A DNA stretch of 33,175 bases from a virus (taxonomy: Duplodnaviria > Caudoviricetes): the IMG/VR virus record IMGVR_UViG_3300032226_000317, positions 1 through 33,175 of that record. One strand, written 5' to 3'. Below the pieces are notes generated by a model. The model was not told the origin of the DNA. It did not search any database and saw only the letters and a list, made by a program, of their open reading frames with translations. Below, one piece after another: positions 1 to 7,695 of the stretch. Each line of letters opens with the position of its first letter. The first letter of the stretch is position 1. The position numbers were made by a program, and so were the translations under genes.

Positions 1-336
1 GAGAATGATGTGTACAACCTGATGGGTGAACTAAACATGCAGGGCAAAAACTTTATGAGCGAAGACAAGTTAGTTAATTTTGCACGCACCTTCATGGATC
101 ACTACGAAGCCAACGGATGGATAGTAGGCAAGGCATCAATGAAGGACTGGCAAAGTACAGTGCGCAATTGGATGCGCAGGGAGTGGGAAAAAATTACAAA
201 TCAAAAACCAAATCAATATGCAAAACAACCTAGTACCACAGCAGAACACGTTGCAAAAGCTGAACAACTTTTCCGCGATGCAGTCGCTATCAGTCGAGCA
301 CGCGATGAAGCAAGACAAGATAGCACTGCTTCGTAA
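1..336 (+). CDS. C-terminal part of phage replication initiator (5'-truncated)
   Basis: Frame is open from base 1. F-x-D-H-Y-E-A-N-G-W...M-K-D-W-Q-S-T-V-R-N-W is a typical C-terminal motif of phage replication proteins. The probable N-terminus is at 32994. Confidence 0.7.
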   Translation, partial: ENDVYNLMGELNMQGKNFMSEDKLVNFARTFMDHYEANGWIVGKASMKDWQSTVRNWMRREWEKITNQKPNQYAKQPSTTAEHVAKAEQLFRDAVAISRARDEARQDSTAS

Positions 337-907
337 ACTTGACCGAACAACTACCAAGATTAAAATCATGGAATTGGTTACGCGATGTACCCAACTGCTC
401 AATGTGCAAAACAACATGAATGCAATGCAGATTGAATTCTGCGCTGAAAACATTCTCGATAAGATGTGGATGTATAGCCTGGAAGATATTCAGTTGTGTT
501 TAGATCGCGGTGCTATTGGTGCGTATGGCACCATATACAACCGAATCGACCCAGCTACGGTGCTTGCATGGTTTCCGTTATATGACCAGCAACGACAACT
601 TGCGGTTGATAGAATCAATGAGAATGAAAAGACCAACAATAACATCTATGAAATGTTTCAGCATCCGCAAATTATGGATGCGATGCAGCAGGCAGCAGAT
701 AAGTTGAAGATAGAAGAAGCCCCGGTGCGCGAAGTGAAAAGAGAAAACCCGCCACAGATTGAAATAGCCTTAATGCGTGAATACGATGCGCTTGCGCAAT
801 GGGATAACGATGTTCGTTTCCGTGTGTATAAGAACAAGCCTTACCAGTTCACCGAATACAGGCAGGAACGTTACAGAGAACTAATTGAAAATCAAAATGA
901 ATACTGA
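218..907 (+). CDS. DUF6633-like protein, putative helicase loader or replication partner
   Basis: Overlaps the initiator gene. SLEDIQLCLDRGAIGAYGTIYNRIDPATVLAWF resembles Bacteroidota phage proteins found after initiators. Start uncertain (218, 278 or later). Confidence 0.55.
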   Translation: MQNNLVPQQNTLQKLNNFSAMQSLSVEHAMKQDKIALLRKLDRTTTKIKIMELVTRCTQLLNVQNNMNAMQIEFCAENILDKMWMYSLEDIQLCLDRGAIGAYGTIYNRIDPATVLAWFPLYDQQRQLAVDRINENEKTNNNIYEMFQHPQIMDAMQQAADKLKIEEAPVREVKRENPPQIEIALMREYDALAQWDNDVRFRVYKNKPYQFTEYRQERYRELIENQNEY

Positions 908-1100
908 TATAAAAATAGGAAGTATGATAAGGGATGTAGAAGATGGTGATTGTTATTACGAAGGAATAGTAGTAGAGTTAATTCCCATCAAATACAAGAT
1001 AACTAACATTGTATGGGGTGGTGAAATAGATACATCTATGAACGGGCAAGTAATACAGCCGAAGTGGTGGTATATTGAACTAATCGAAAACGAATGCTAA
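897..1100 (+). CDS. hypothetical protein
   Basis: ORF overlaps the previous stop; ATG at 897; small beta-rich protein. Confidence 0.6.
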   Translation: MNTDIKIGSMIRDVEDGDCYYEGIVVELIPIKYKITNIVWGGEIDTSMNGQVIQPKWWYIELIENEC

Positions 1101-1258
1101 TGAAGTACGATCAACAGAAAGAAGTGGAATTGCTACGTAAGTTGTTTCTGTTAACAGCCAAACGCAGCATGCGCCCTGCAATGCAGGACAATATCACAAT
1201 GCGTCTTATCTTTGAGGAGTTACATTTGCTCACGGACAAAGATGAATATAAGCTATGA
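1100..1258 (+). CDS. hypothetical protein, 52 aa (not in ORF track)
   Basis: MKYDQQKEVELLRKLFLLTAKRS...DKDEYKL; TAATG overlap upstream and ATGA overlap downstream. Confidence 0.7.
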   Translation: MKYDQQKEVELLRKLFLLTAKRSMRPAMQDNITMRLIFEELHLLTDKDEYKL

Positions 1259-1437
1259 CTATTGGTGAATTGTGGGATAAGCTTGCGCAATACCCGGATG
1301 ATGTCGAGGTGTACGTTGGATTTGTCAACGGGCACAGCATCGAGCACGAATGGTTTGAAGTAGTTGAAACAACCGACTTCAATGGCAAGACCACAATAAG
1401 CCTAATGGTAGACGATATCGCAATAATAAACAATTAA
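1255..1437 (+). CDS. hypothetical acidic protein
   Basis: ATGA-coupled; MTIGELWDKLAQYPDDVEV is a common start for small phage proteins. Confidence 0.7.
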   Translation: MTIGELWDKLAQYPDDVEVYVGFVNGHSIEHEWFEVVETTDFNGKTTISLMVDDIAIINN

Positions 1438-1441
1438 TACA

Positions 1442-1675
1442 ATGAGTAACTATCAAATGCAAGAGGGTCAGTTCACCCTATTCAAGAACAACAACGTGGC
1501 TAACAACGGGCCGCAGTACACTGGTGAAATTATGGTCAATGGTAAGAAGATGCGCCTTGCTGCATGGGTTAAAGAGGGCAAGAGCGGCAAGTTCTTTTCA
1601 GGCAAGATGTCCGAACCTATAGTCAAGCGTGAAGAAGTGGATGATTCACAAGGCACCGGTGATTTGCCATTCTAA
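1442..1675 (+). CDS. ssb: small single-stranded DNA-binding protein (DUF736-like)
   Basis: G-x-F-T-L-F-K-N...P-Q-Y-T-G...L-A-A-W core and the acidic SSB tail DDSQGTGDLPF. Confidence 0.7.
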   Translation: MSNYQMQEGQFTLFKNNNVANNGPQYTGEIMVNGKKMRLAAWVKEGKSGKFFSGKMSEPIVKREEVDDSQGTGDLPF

Positions 1676-2973
1676 TGATTGAATACCTGCCTAAACAAAA
1701 GGAAGCATTGCGCGTGCTGGGTAATTCACACCCGGCACGTGTGGTGCTGTTCGGAGGAGCTGCAGGGGGATCTAAATCCTTCATTGGTTGCGCATGGCAA
1801 ATAACCCGCAGGTGGAAATATCCGGGCACGCGTGGTTTAATAGGCCGCAGTAAACTTGACACGCTAAAAAAGACCACGTTAAAAACATTCTTTGAAGTAG
1901 CGCACATGTTAGGGTTAGCACCTAACGAGCATTATACCATCAACAACCAAACGCACGTCATAACGTTTGACAATGGAAGCGAAATAATCTTAAAGGATTT
2001 GTTTGCGTACCCATCAGACCCCGAGTTTCACTCATTAGGTGGTTTGGAATTAACCGATGCATACGTAGATGAAGCTGCACAGGTTAGCAAACGGGCAATA
2101 GACATTCTCCAGTCGCGCATTCGTTTTAAACTACGCGAATATGATTTAGCACCCAAGATGCTACTCACTTGCAATCCGTCCAAAGGATGGCTTTACAATG
2201 AGTTTTACGCACCGCACAAAGCAGATAACCTAGCGCAACACCTAGCGTTTATACCATCATTGCCAACAGATAACCCCCACCTACCCGAAAGCTACATCGA
2301 AACGCTGGAACGTTTACCTGAAATAGACAGGCGAAGACTGTTACATGGTGATTGGGAATACGATGAAAGCGTAGATAACCTGTACCAATACGACGACCTT
2401 GTGCGCTGCTTCCGGGAAGAGGAAAGCAAAGGCGACAAGTACATAAGTGCTGACATTGCGCGACTAGGGAAAGACCGTAGTGTGATTTGCGTATGGCATG
2501 GATTGCACCTTATTGAGATTCATGAGTTACGCAAGCAACCAATCACAACAGTTGTATCTACCATTCGCCAGTTATGCGATAGGCATAGCATTAAACTAAG
2601 CAACGTGATCTGTGATGAAGATGGGGTCGGAGGGGGTGCGGTCGATGCGCTCCGTTGTAGGGGCTTCCTTAATGGTGGGCGTGCTAAGCAATCGGATAAG
2701 TTTACCAACCAAAAGGCTGAATGCTATTTCAAGCTTGCGGAATTAATCGAACAGAACAAAGTTATTTTCAAAGTCAATCAGTTCCGGGATGTTATCGTGC
2801 AAGAACTGGACATGATACGCAGGCGGCAACCTGAAGCCGATGGCAAACTTGCAGTAATCAGCAAAGATGAAATCGCCCGCATGCATGGCAAGTCGCCCGA
2901 CTATGCAGATGCCATAATGATGCGCATGTACTTCGAACTATTCCCGAACTACGGCAGCTATTCGTGGGCGTGA
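1675..2973 (+). CDS. terL: terminase large subunit
   Basis: Walker A-like GGAAGGSKS, Walker B YVDEA, coupling motif TCNP, and RNase H-like nuclease motifs SADIARLGKD, DEDGVGGG and SPDYADA. Confidence 0.93.
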   Translation: MIEYLPKQKEALRVLGNSHPARVVLFGGAAGGSKSFIGCAWQITRRWKYPGTRGLIGRSKLDTLKKTTLKTFFEVAHMLGLAPNEHYTINNQTHVITFDNGSEIILKDLFAYPSDPEFHSLGGLELTDAYVDEAAQVSKRAIDILQSRIRFKLREYDLAPKMLLTCNPSKGWLYNEFYAPHKADNLAQHLAFIPSLPTDNPHLPESYIETLERLPEIDRRRLLHGDWEYDESVDNLYQYDDLVRCFREEESKGDKYISADIARLGKDRSVICVWHGLHLIEIHELRKQPITTVVSTIRQLCDRHSIKLSNVICDEDGVGGGAVDALRCRGFLNGGRAKQSDKFTNQKAECYFKLAELIEQNKVIFKVNQFRDVIVQELDMIRRRQPEADGKLAVISKDEIARMHGKSPDYADAIMMRMYFELFPNYGSYSWA

Positions 2974-3023
2974 CGCTTCCAAATTTTAACAATTTTTAAC
3001 AGGGTGTATGTAACTATTTGCAG

Positions 3024-3031
3024 TATATTTG
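3024..3031 (+). promoter_or_regulatory. Bacteroidota primary-sigma -7 element
   Basis: TATATTTG matches TAnnTTTG and lies 24 nt upstream of the ATG at 3056; the -33 element is weak. Confidence 0.65.
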
Positions 3032-3055
3032 GCTATCAATTAAAAACAATACACA

Positions 3056-3160
3056 ATGAAAAAAGCATCTACAATCCTTCGCTACGTTATCGCAGCCATC
3101 GTAATCTTCGCACTTCTTAACTATTGTCAAGAGTTAAACGATTGCCTCGCTAAGTATTAA
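3056..3160 (+). CDS. 34-aa single-pass membrane peptide (not in ORF track)
   Basis: MKKASTILRYVIAAIVIFALLNYCQELNDCLAKY; A-rich leader directly after the promoter. Confidence 0.65.
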   Translation: MKKASTILRYVIAAIVIFALLNYCQELNDCLAKY

Positions 3161-3179
3161 AATCAAAATCAATAACAAC

Positions 3180-3851
3180 ATGAACTCATTTCACAAAGAC
3201 AATCTTGAAGCATTGCAAAAGTTTCAGCAAATGCTCAACGCATCACCCGACCAAGTCGGTATTGAAAAGACACCCGATGGTAAAGCGGTAACGCTTGTTA
3301 TATCGCACGTCGAAACCACCCTAGACGAAATGTTTTTCGGGCACTGGCGCACTGAGAATTTTAAATGGGAGCGAATGGCAAACGAAGTTGTAGGTTCACT
3401 TGACCTTGTAGTGATCCATCCAATAACCGGCTACGAATTACGCCGCACGGGAGCAGCATCCATTGTTATCATGGTTGACCGAGCACCACAGAATCTTGAC
3501 AATATCGAACGCAATAGATGGGCATTAAACGCAGATAATAAAAAACCTAATGCCTTAGACCTCGCGTTCCCTAAACTCAAAACAGAGTGTCTTAAAAACG
3601 CTGCAGTGTCATTTGGTAAGCTGTTAGGTCGCGACTTGAATAGAAAGAATGTGGATTTGTACAAGCCATTCAAATTGAAAGGTTCGCTCAATGCATCGAA
3701 TAAGGATGTGCAATACTTACACGAATTGATTGAAAAGGCGCAAAGTCTAGACGATTGCGACATCATATTGCAAGCATGCCCACAGGAATTCTATTCACAA
3801 ATTGAACCGTTAGTAAATGTTAAAAAAGAGCAACTAAGCGGATTGTTGTAA
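3180..3851 (+). CDS. Sak/Rad52-like single-strand annealing protein
   Basis: VETTLDEMFFGHW...KTECLKNAAVSFGKLLGRDL matches the Rad52/Sak pattern; adjacent to an exonuclease. Confidence 0.7.
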   Translation: MNSFHKDNLEALQKFQQMLNASPDQVGIEKTPDGKAVTLVISHVETTLDEMFFGHWRTENFKWERMANEVVGSLDLVVIHPITGYELRRTGAASIVIMVDRAPQNLDNIERNRWALNADNKKPNALDLAFPKLKTECLKNAAVSFGKLLGRDLNRKNVDLYKPFKLKGSLNASNKDVQYLHELIEKAQSLDDCDIILQACPQEFYSQIEPLVNVKKEQLSGLL

Positions 3852-3880
3852 TATCTTCACACCATCAATAACAAGAACAA

Positions 3881-4645
3881 ATGGAAACAACACTATTCAG
3901 AGCATCGCAGCTTGGTAAGCTAATGACCGATGCACGCACAAAGACAGGACTATCTGAAACCTGCAAAAGCGCACTGCTTGAAATCTACATCCAACAGAAG
4001 TACAAACGCTACAAAGAAATCAGCAACAAGTACATTGAGAAAGGTGTTGCTGTTGAGAATGATGCCATCGACATGTGGCGCAGGGAGCGTAACGCTATCG
4101 TATTCAAGAATGAAATCAATTTCAAGAATGAGTATGTAACAGGCACGCCTGATTTGCTTATCAAAGATGGTGGCGCAGTAATCAACGTGCCGGATATCAA
4201 AAGCAGTTGGGATATACACACTTTTATCGATGCAAAGGTGAATGAGTTGAGCAAAGACTACTATTGGCAAGGCCAAGCATACATGTGGTTAACGGGCGCA
4301 CCAACAGCAACGTTTTGCTTTGTGCTAGTCAATGCGCCAAGTCAAATGATTGACACCGAAAAGTACCGCCTATCATTGCGTATGAATCTTATTGATCCAC
4401 AAAGTAATCCTGAGTTCATCAAGAAAGCATCGCGCATCGAACGTAACATGATTTACGATATGCCTACTTTCCTTGCGGAGAATCCACACGCTAATCTTGA
4501 AAGTGATTTGGCGAATTGGGAATACGATATACTAGTGAGTGAACGCATACACGAAAAGGTAGTTGAGTTTGATGCGGATGCAATCGCAAAGCTTCAGGAG
4601 CGTGTACCAATGTGGCGTGAATACCTTAATACTTTAGCACTATGA
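3881..4645 (+). CDS. YqaJ/lambda-type exonuclease (PD-(D/E)XK)
   Basis: FRASQLGKLM, KG-x-x-x-E, GTPDLL, DIKSSW and YYWQGQAYMWLTG motifs. Confidence 0.85.
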   Translation: METTLFRASQLGKLMTDARTKTGLSETCKSALLEIYIQQKYKRYKEISNKYIEKGVAVENDAIDMWRRERNAIVFKNEINFKNEYVTGTPDLLIKDGGAVINVPDIKSSWDIHTFIDAKVNELSKDYYWQGQAYMWLTGAPTATFCFVLVNAPSQMIDTEKYRLSLRMNLIDPQSNPEFIKKASRIERNMIYDMPTFLAENPHANLESDLANWEYDILVSERIHEKVVEFDADAIAKLQERVPMWREYLNTLAL

Positions 4646-4911
4646 AAGCAAAAGACAAAGCATGGCAACTGTACTCGAACTATTTTGATATAGTCGAGGG
4701 TGAATCGCAGGAAGGTCAACTAGCACAGGTGCATTTTAAAGCTATCAACTGCGCGCTCTATTGTGTAGATGAAGCACTGGCTAATGCTCCTGATGACATC
4801 GTGAATGACTTTGAAGGAACTGGTGAATACTATTCCGTAAAGGCGTACTACATGCACGTTAAAAACGAAATACTCAAACTCAATGCGGCAAAGAACAATA
4901 AAGTCAGTTGA
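4642..4911 (+). CDS. hypothetical protein
   Basis: ATGA-coupled; KAINCALYCVDE...VKNEI is typical of small Bacteroidota phage proteins. Confidence 0.7.
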   Translation: MKAKDKAWQLYSNYFDIVEGESQEGQLAQVHFKAINCALYCVDEALANAPDDIVNDFEGTGEYYSVKAYYMHVKNEILKLNAAKNNKVS

Positions 4912-5053
4912 CACATTAAAGCTGGAGCGTGTTAACCTGCTCGGCATGTTTGCAGATGCAAAGACAAAGTATGTCAAGGATAATCTAGCGAACAAAATCA
5001 AATCGGTCAATAGAGATCTATTCACCATAACCAAAGACACAAAGTATTTATGA
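4883..5053 (+). CDS. hypothetical protein, 56 aa (not in ORF track)
   Basis: MRQRTIKSVDTLKLERVNLL...TKDTKYL fills the gap and has an ATGA overlap with the next gene. Confidence 0.6.
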   Translation: MRQRTIKSVDTLKLERVNLLGMFADAKTKYVKDNLANKIKSVNRDLFTITKDTKYL

Positions 5054-5271
5054 AAGCAACACTAACATTTGAATTGAACAAAGACCAGCACGCATTTGAT
5101 TGCGCTGTGAATGGTGTAAAGTATTTTGACATGATTGCTGATCTATTAAGTCATATACGGCACATTGAAAAACATGGTGAACTAACAGAAGAGCAGTATG
5201 GAATGGTTGCAAGGATTCGTGACTGGATGCATAGTGAATTACATTCGGAAGGTTTAGCAGGTAGGTTTTAA
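5050..5271 (+). CDS. hypothetical protein
   Basis: MKATLTFEL start; last + strand gene before the convergent late arm. Confidence 0.7.
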   Translation: MKATLTFELNKDQHAFDCAVNGVKYFDMIADLLSHIRHIEKHGELTEEQYGMVARIRDWMHSELHSEGLAGRF

Positions 5272-5517
5272 CTACTGCTGCACCTTGCGATAGCCCTGCT
5301 TCCACAGAAACCTACCCAGTGCTTCGCCTTCAGCATCAACTTTCTCCTCGCTCCACTCAGGCTGAATATGGTGAAGGTACTCATGGACAAGCACAATCAG
5401 GTAGCGCATCGGTGGCAATGTAGGGTCAATTTCAATTACGTTATCACAGTACAAACCATCAGCGCGTTCCCTGCCCAACTTACGATGTACGACTTTTGGA
5501 TGTGGCTTGCCTTTCAT
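5272..5517 (-). CDS. minimal HExxH zincin-like metalloprotein
   Basis: ADGLY...IEIDPTL...VLVHEYLHH...WSEEKV. Confidence 0.7.
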   Translation of the reverse strand: MKGKPHPKVVHRKLGRERADGLYCDNVIEIDPTLPPMRYLIVLVHEYLHHIQPEWSEEKVDAEGEALGRFLWKQGYRKVQQ

Positions 5518-5522
5518 TGTGC

Positions 5523-5530
5523 TATATTTG
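5523..5530 (+). promoter_or_regulatory. Bacteroidota -7 promoter element driving a non-coding interval
   Basis: TATATTTG with no + strand ORF downstream. Confidence 0.55.
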
Positions 5531-5534
5531 CGAC

Positions 5535-5612
5535 TTAGTGTAATGGTTCATTGCATTATTGTTTTTGTTATTGATTGATAGAATAAGGCTCCTAACGTGG
5601 AGCCTTCTTCTT
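5535..5612 (+). ncRNA. candidate small RNA (about 75 nt)
   Basis: Promoter upstream. 5' hairpin UAGUGUAAUG-GUU-CAUUGCAUUA (10 bp, two G:U pairs, so it folds better on +), then a U-rich linker, then a terminator hairpin. Confidence 0.5.
5585..5612. terminator. intrinsic terminator, possibly bidirectional
   Basis: AAGGCTCC-TAACGT-GGAGCCTT followed by pyrimidine-rich tails on both strands. Confidence 0.7.
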
Positions 5613-6651
5613 ATCTAATCTTTCCATTAACAATACGGTAGTTATTTACTTCAAATTCGCCCGTATCCATTATACGCACGTGTGCAAATCCGTGGTGGTG
5701 CTTGTTGATGGGCATGTAGTCAGGATGCAGCTCGCACAGACACGCCACACTCCAACACGTTGTTAGCTTGCCATTGATGTTCGGCTCGGTGTGTTCACTT
5801 GCCTGGTGATGGTGTCCACACAATGCGCTGTCTTTTGCTCTTAGGAATAATCCGCGTGCGATGTTTACAGGACTAAAGACCGATGCACCTAACTCATGCC
5901 CGTGTAAGATGGTCAACTTACCTGCATGAATGATTTGCTTATCGGGAATAAAGGTGATGTTGTGTTGATCTAAGTGCATGAGCGATTCAAAGTTGAACTC
6001 ATCCATACCCAACAAATCAGGTGCATTGCGCATGATATAGTGGTCGTACCGTACATCATGGTTTCCGCACTTGTAATATATAGCAGCGTTGGGAAATAGC
6101 TTGCGTAACGTGGCAAGAAATTGCCTTGTCATTAACACCTCATGTCCAAAGTTTCGTTTGCGCGGGTCTTTCTCAAATCGGCTGATAGCATAGAAGTCGA
6201 TTATGTCACCATTGAGCAGGATAGTGTTGACCTCATTCTCCAGTCCGTACTTAAGTGCAAGCGTTAACGCCTGAATATTGTGGTACGGCACGTGAATATC
6301 CGATAGCAACAGGATGTTGTTGTGGTTTATCGGTAGCTTAAAGGGTTTGTAGTTACTTTCCTGCGACGGTGGCAGGTCGAGCGGATTGCTCTGTTCAGGC
6401 ATCAACTCGTTAACGATGTTGCCAAAGTCACCTAAATGGTTTTCAAGCTTAGCCAAATTTCCATTTAGCTTCGGTATAAGGGGTGCATCGTGTTGCAGGT
6501 TATGTCTTTTACGCCAACTGAAATACAAACGCTCAAATGAGCCGTATTTCATGTCAATCTTATAACGCTTCATAGCGGCACGAATCCGGTCTGCTATCGT
6601 ACCCTCGCCTGCGTGTATCTCTTTGTAGATTTCCGCATATTGTCCCTGCAT
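5611..6651 (-). CDS. calcineurin-like metallophosphoesterase
   Basis: SDIHVP, NGDIID, GNHD, HGH and GHHH motifs. Confidence 0.9.
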   Translation of the reverse strand: MQGQYAEIYKEIHAGEGTIADRIRAAMKRYKIDMKYGSFERLYFSWRKRHNLQHDAPLIPKLNGNLAKLENHLGDFGNIVNELMPEQSNPLDLPPSQESNYKPFKLPINHNNILLLSDIHVPYHNIQALTLALKYGLENEVNTILLNGDIIDFYAISRFEKDPRKRNFGHEVLMTRQFLATLRKLFPNAAIYYKCGNHDVRYDHYIMRNAPDLLGMDEFNFESLMHLDQHNITFIPDKQIIHAGKLTILHGHELGASVFSPVNIARGLFLRAKDSALCGHHHQASEHTEPNINGKLTTCWSVACLCELHPDYMPINKHHHGFAHVRIMDTGEFEVNNYRIVNGKIR

Positions 6652-6657
6652 GTATCG

Positions 6658-6984
6658 TTATTTATTGCCCCTGATAAACCCGGCTAACTCCGCAAGATTG
6701 GTGCTAATGGTTAGGTTCTGCGCAGCAATCACATCAATCTTCTTTTCGAGCTTGTCAATAGCTTTGTTTTGTTCCTCTTTCATCACGTTTAACTTGGTAT
6801 TGAATTCGTCTTTTGTTTCTTTAATAGAATCGCCTAACATAGTAACCTCCCTTTTATGATATGACTCGACTTTGCCCAGTGCACTCGACACCTTTACTAC
6901 ATCGCGCTTCAATGCGTAGTACAATCCCGTGAGCGATACCGCTCCACCAATAATTGTGATTAAATCCCTCGGTTGAAAATCCAT
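6658..6984 (-). CDS. holin-like / XhlA-like membrane protein
   Basis: One N-terminal TM helix plus coiled coil; located in the lysis cluster. Confidence 0.5.
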   Translation of the reverse strand: MDFQPRDLITIIGGAVSLTGLYYALKRDVVKVSSALGKVESYHKREVTMLGDSIKETKDEFNTKLNVMKEEQNKAIDKLEKKIDVIAAQNLTISTNLAELAGFIRGNK

Positions 6985-6986
6985 GA

Positions 6987-7427
6987 TTATAGTATTGCAA
7001 AATATATAGTAGAAAAAGCTAAGGCTGTGACACCTAAAGTCATGGCCGTGTTAGAAATTATTAACCGTCTGTTGCGTTTCTTTAAATCCTTAATCTCGTT
7101 GTCTTTCTCAGTAGCAATGGCCTTGTCGATACTTTGCTTATTCTTGTAAATTTCAGCCAATGTTTCATAACTATCCGCCTGAATGCCTGTAATCTTTGAG
7201 TAATACGATACTTTCATTCGTTCAAGTTGGTACAAGCTATCGATTTCGAGAGCGGTACCATACCAGTACATCATGCTATTGTAGTTCAGATTGAAAAGTT
7301 GCAGATCGTAAGTTGTAAGTTCGGGTGTAAAATCCTTTTTTAAGTAGGCTGTCCGACTTTTTGAGCGTTGCCCGAAACTGAGCTGTGGCATTAGAAGGAG
7401 TAGAAGAAAGAATGTTGTAAGTTTCAT
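6987..7427 (-). CDS. putative spanin subunit (signal peptide plus C-terminal TM)
   Basis: Likely start at 7427: MKLTTFFLLLLLMPQLSFG|Q, then coiled coil and a C-terminal hydrophobic anchor. Overlaps the upstream gene by 152 nt. Confidence 0.55.
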   Translation of the reverse strand: MKLTTFFLLLLLMPQLSFGQRSKSRTAYLKKDFTPELTTYDLQLFNLNYNSMMYWYGTALEIDSLYQLERMKVSYYSKITGIQADSYETLAEIYKNKQSIDKAIATEKDNEIKDLKKRNRRLIISNTAMTLGVTALAFSTIYFAIL

Positions 7428-7695
7428 TGCGATATATTTCATTAGTGATTTGCTGATTTTGAATAATGGTATCTTGGTCAATCTTGAGTGAATCAATTTT
7501 AATAAATAAGCTATCTGCTTTGGCGTTGTTGACTTCAATTATTTGGTAAAGTGAATCATTGAGATCTTGTAACCTTTTTATAGCAGGATTTGTTACGGGG
7601 TCATTGCATGACTTCACGCCAACAATAATCATAATTAGCACAACGGATGCAATCGCTGCAATTAGCACAGTGTTTCTTAGTTTGTTTTTTTCCAT
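7276..7695 (-). CDS. putative spanin subunit (lipoprotein or N-anchored)
   Basis: Basic N-terminus, hydrophobic stretch ending GVKS-C, then coiled coil; directly downstream of the endolysin. Confidence 0.55.
   Translation of the reverse strand: MEKNKLRNTVLIAAIASVVLIMIIVGVKSCNDPVTNPAIKRLQDLNDSLYQIIEVNNAKADSLFIKIDSLKIDQDTIIQNQQITNEIYRNETYNILSSTPSNATAQFRATLKKSDSLLKKGFYTRTYNLRSATFQSELQ

Noticed and set aside
1111-1433. - strand ORFs of 78 and 67 aa
   Set aside because: The region is fully explained by coupled + strand genes 1100-1258 and 1255-1437.
4883-5053. Possible paralogy with 1100-1258 (C-termini ELHLLTDKDEYKL and DLFTITKDTKYL)
   Set aside because: The similarity is too short to support without a profile search.
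7428-7538. N-terminal extension of ORF 6987..7538
   Set aside because: The ATG at 7427 gives a clean signal peptide; the extension only lengthens the overlap.
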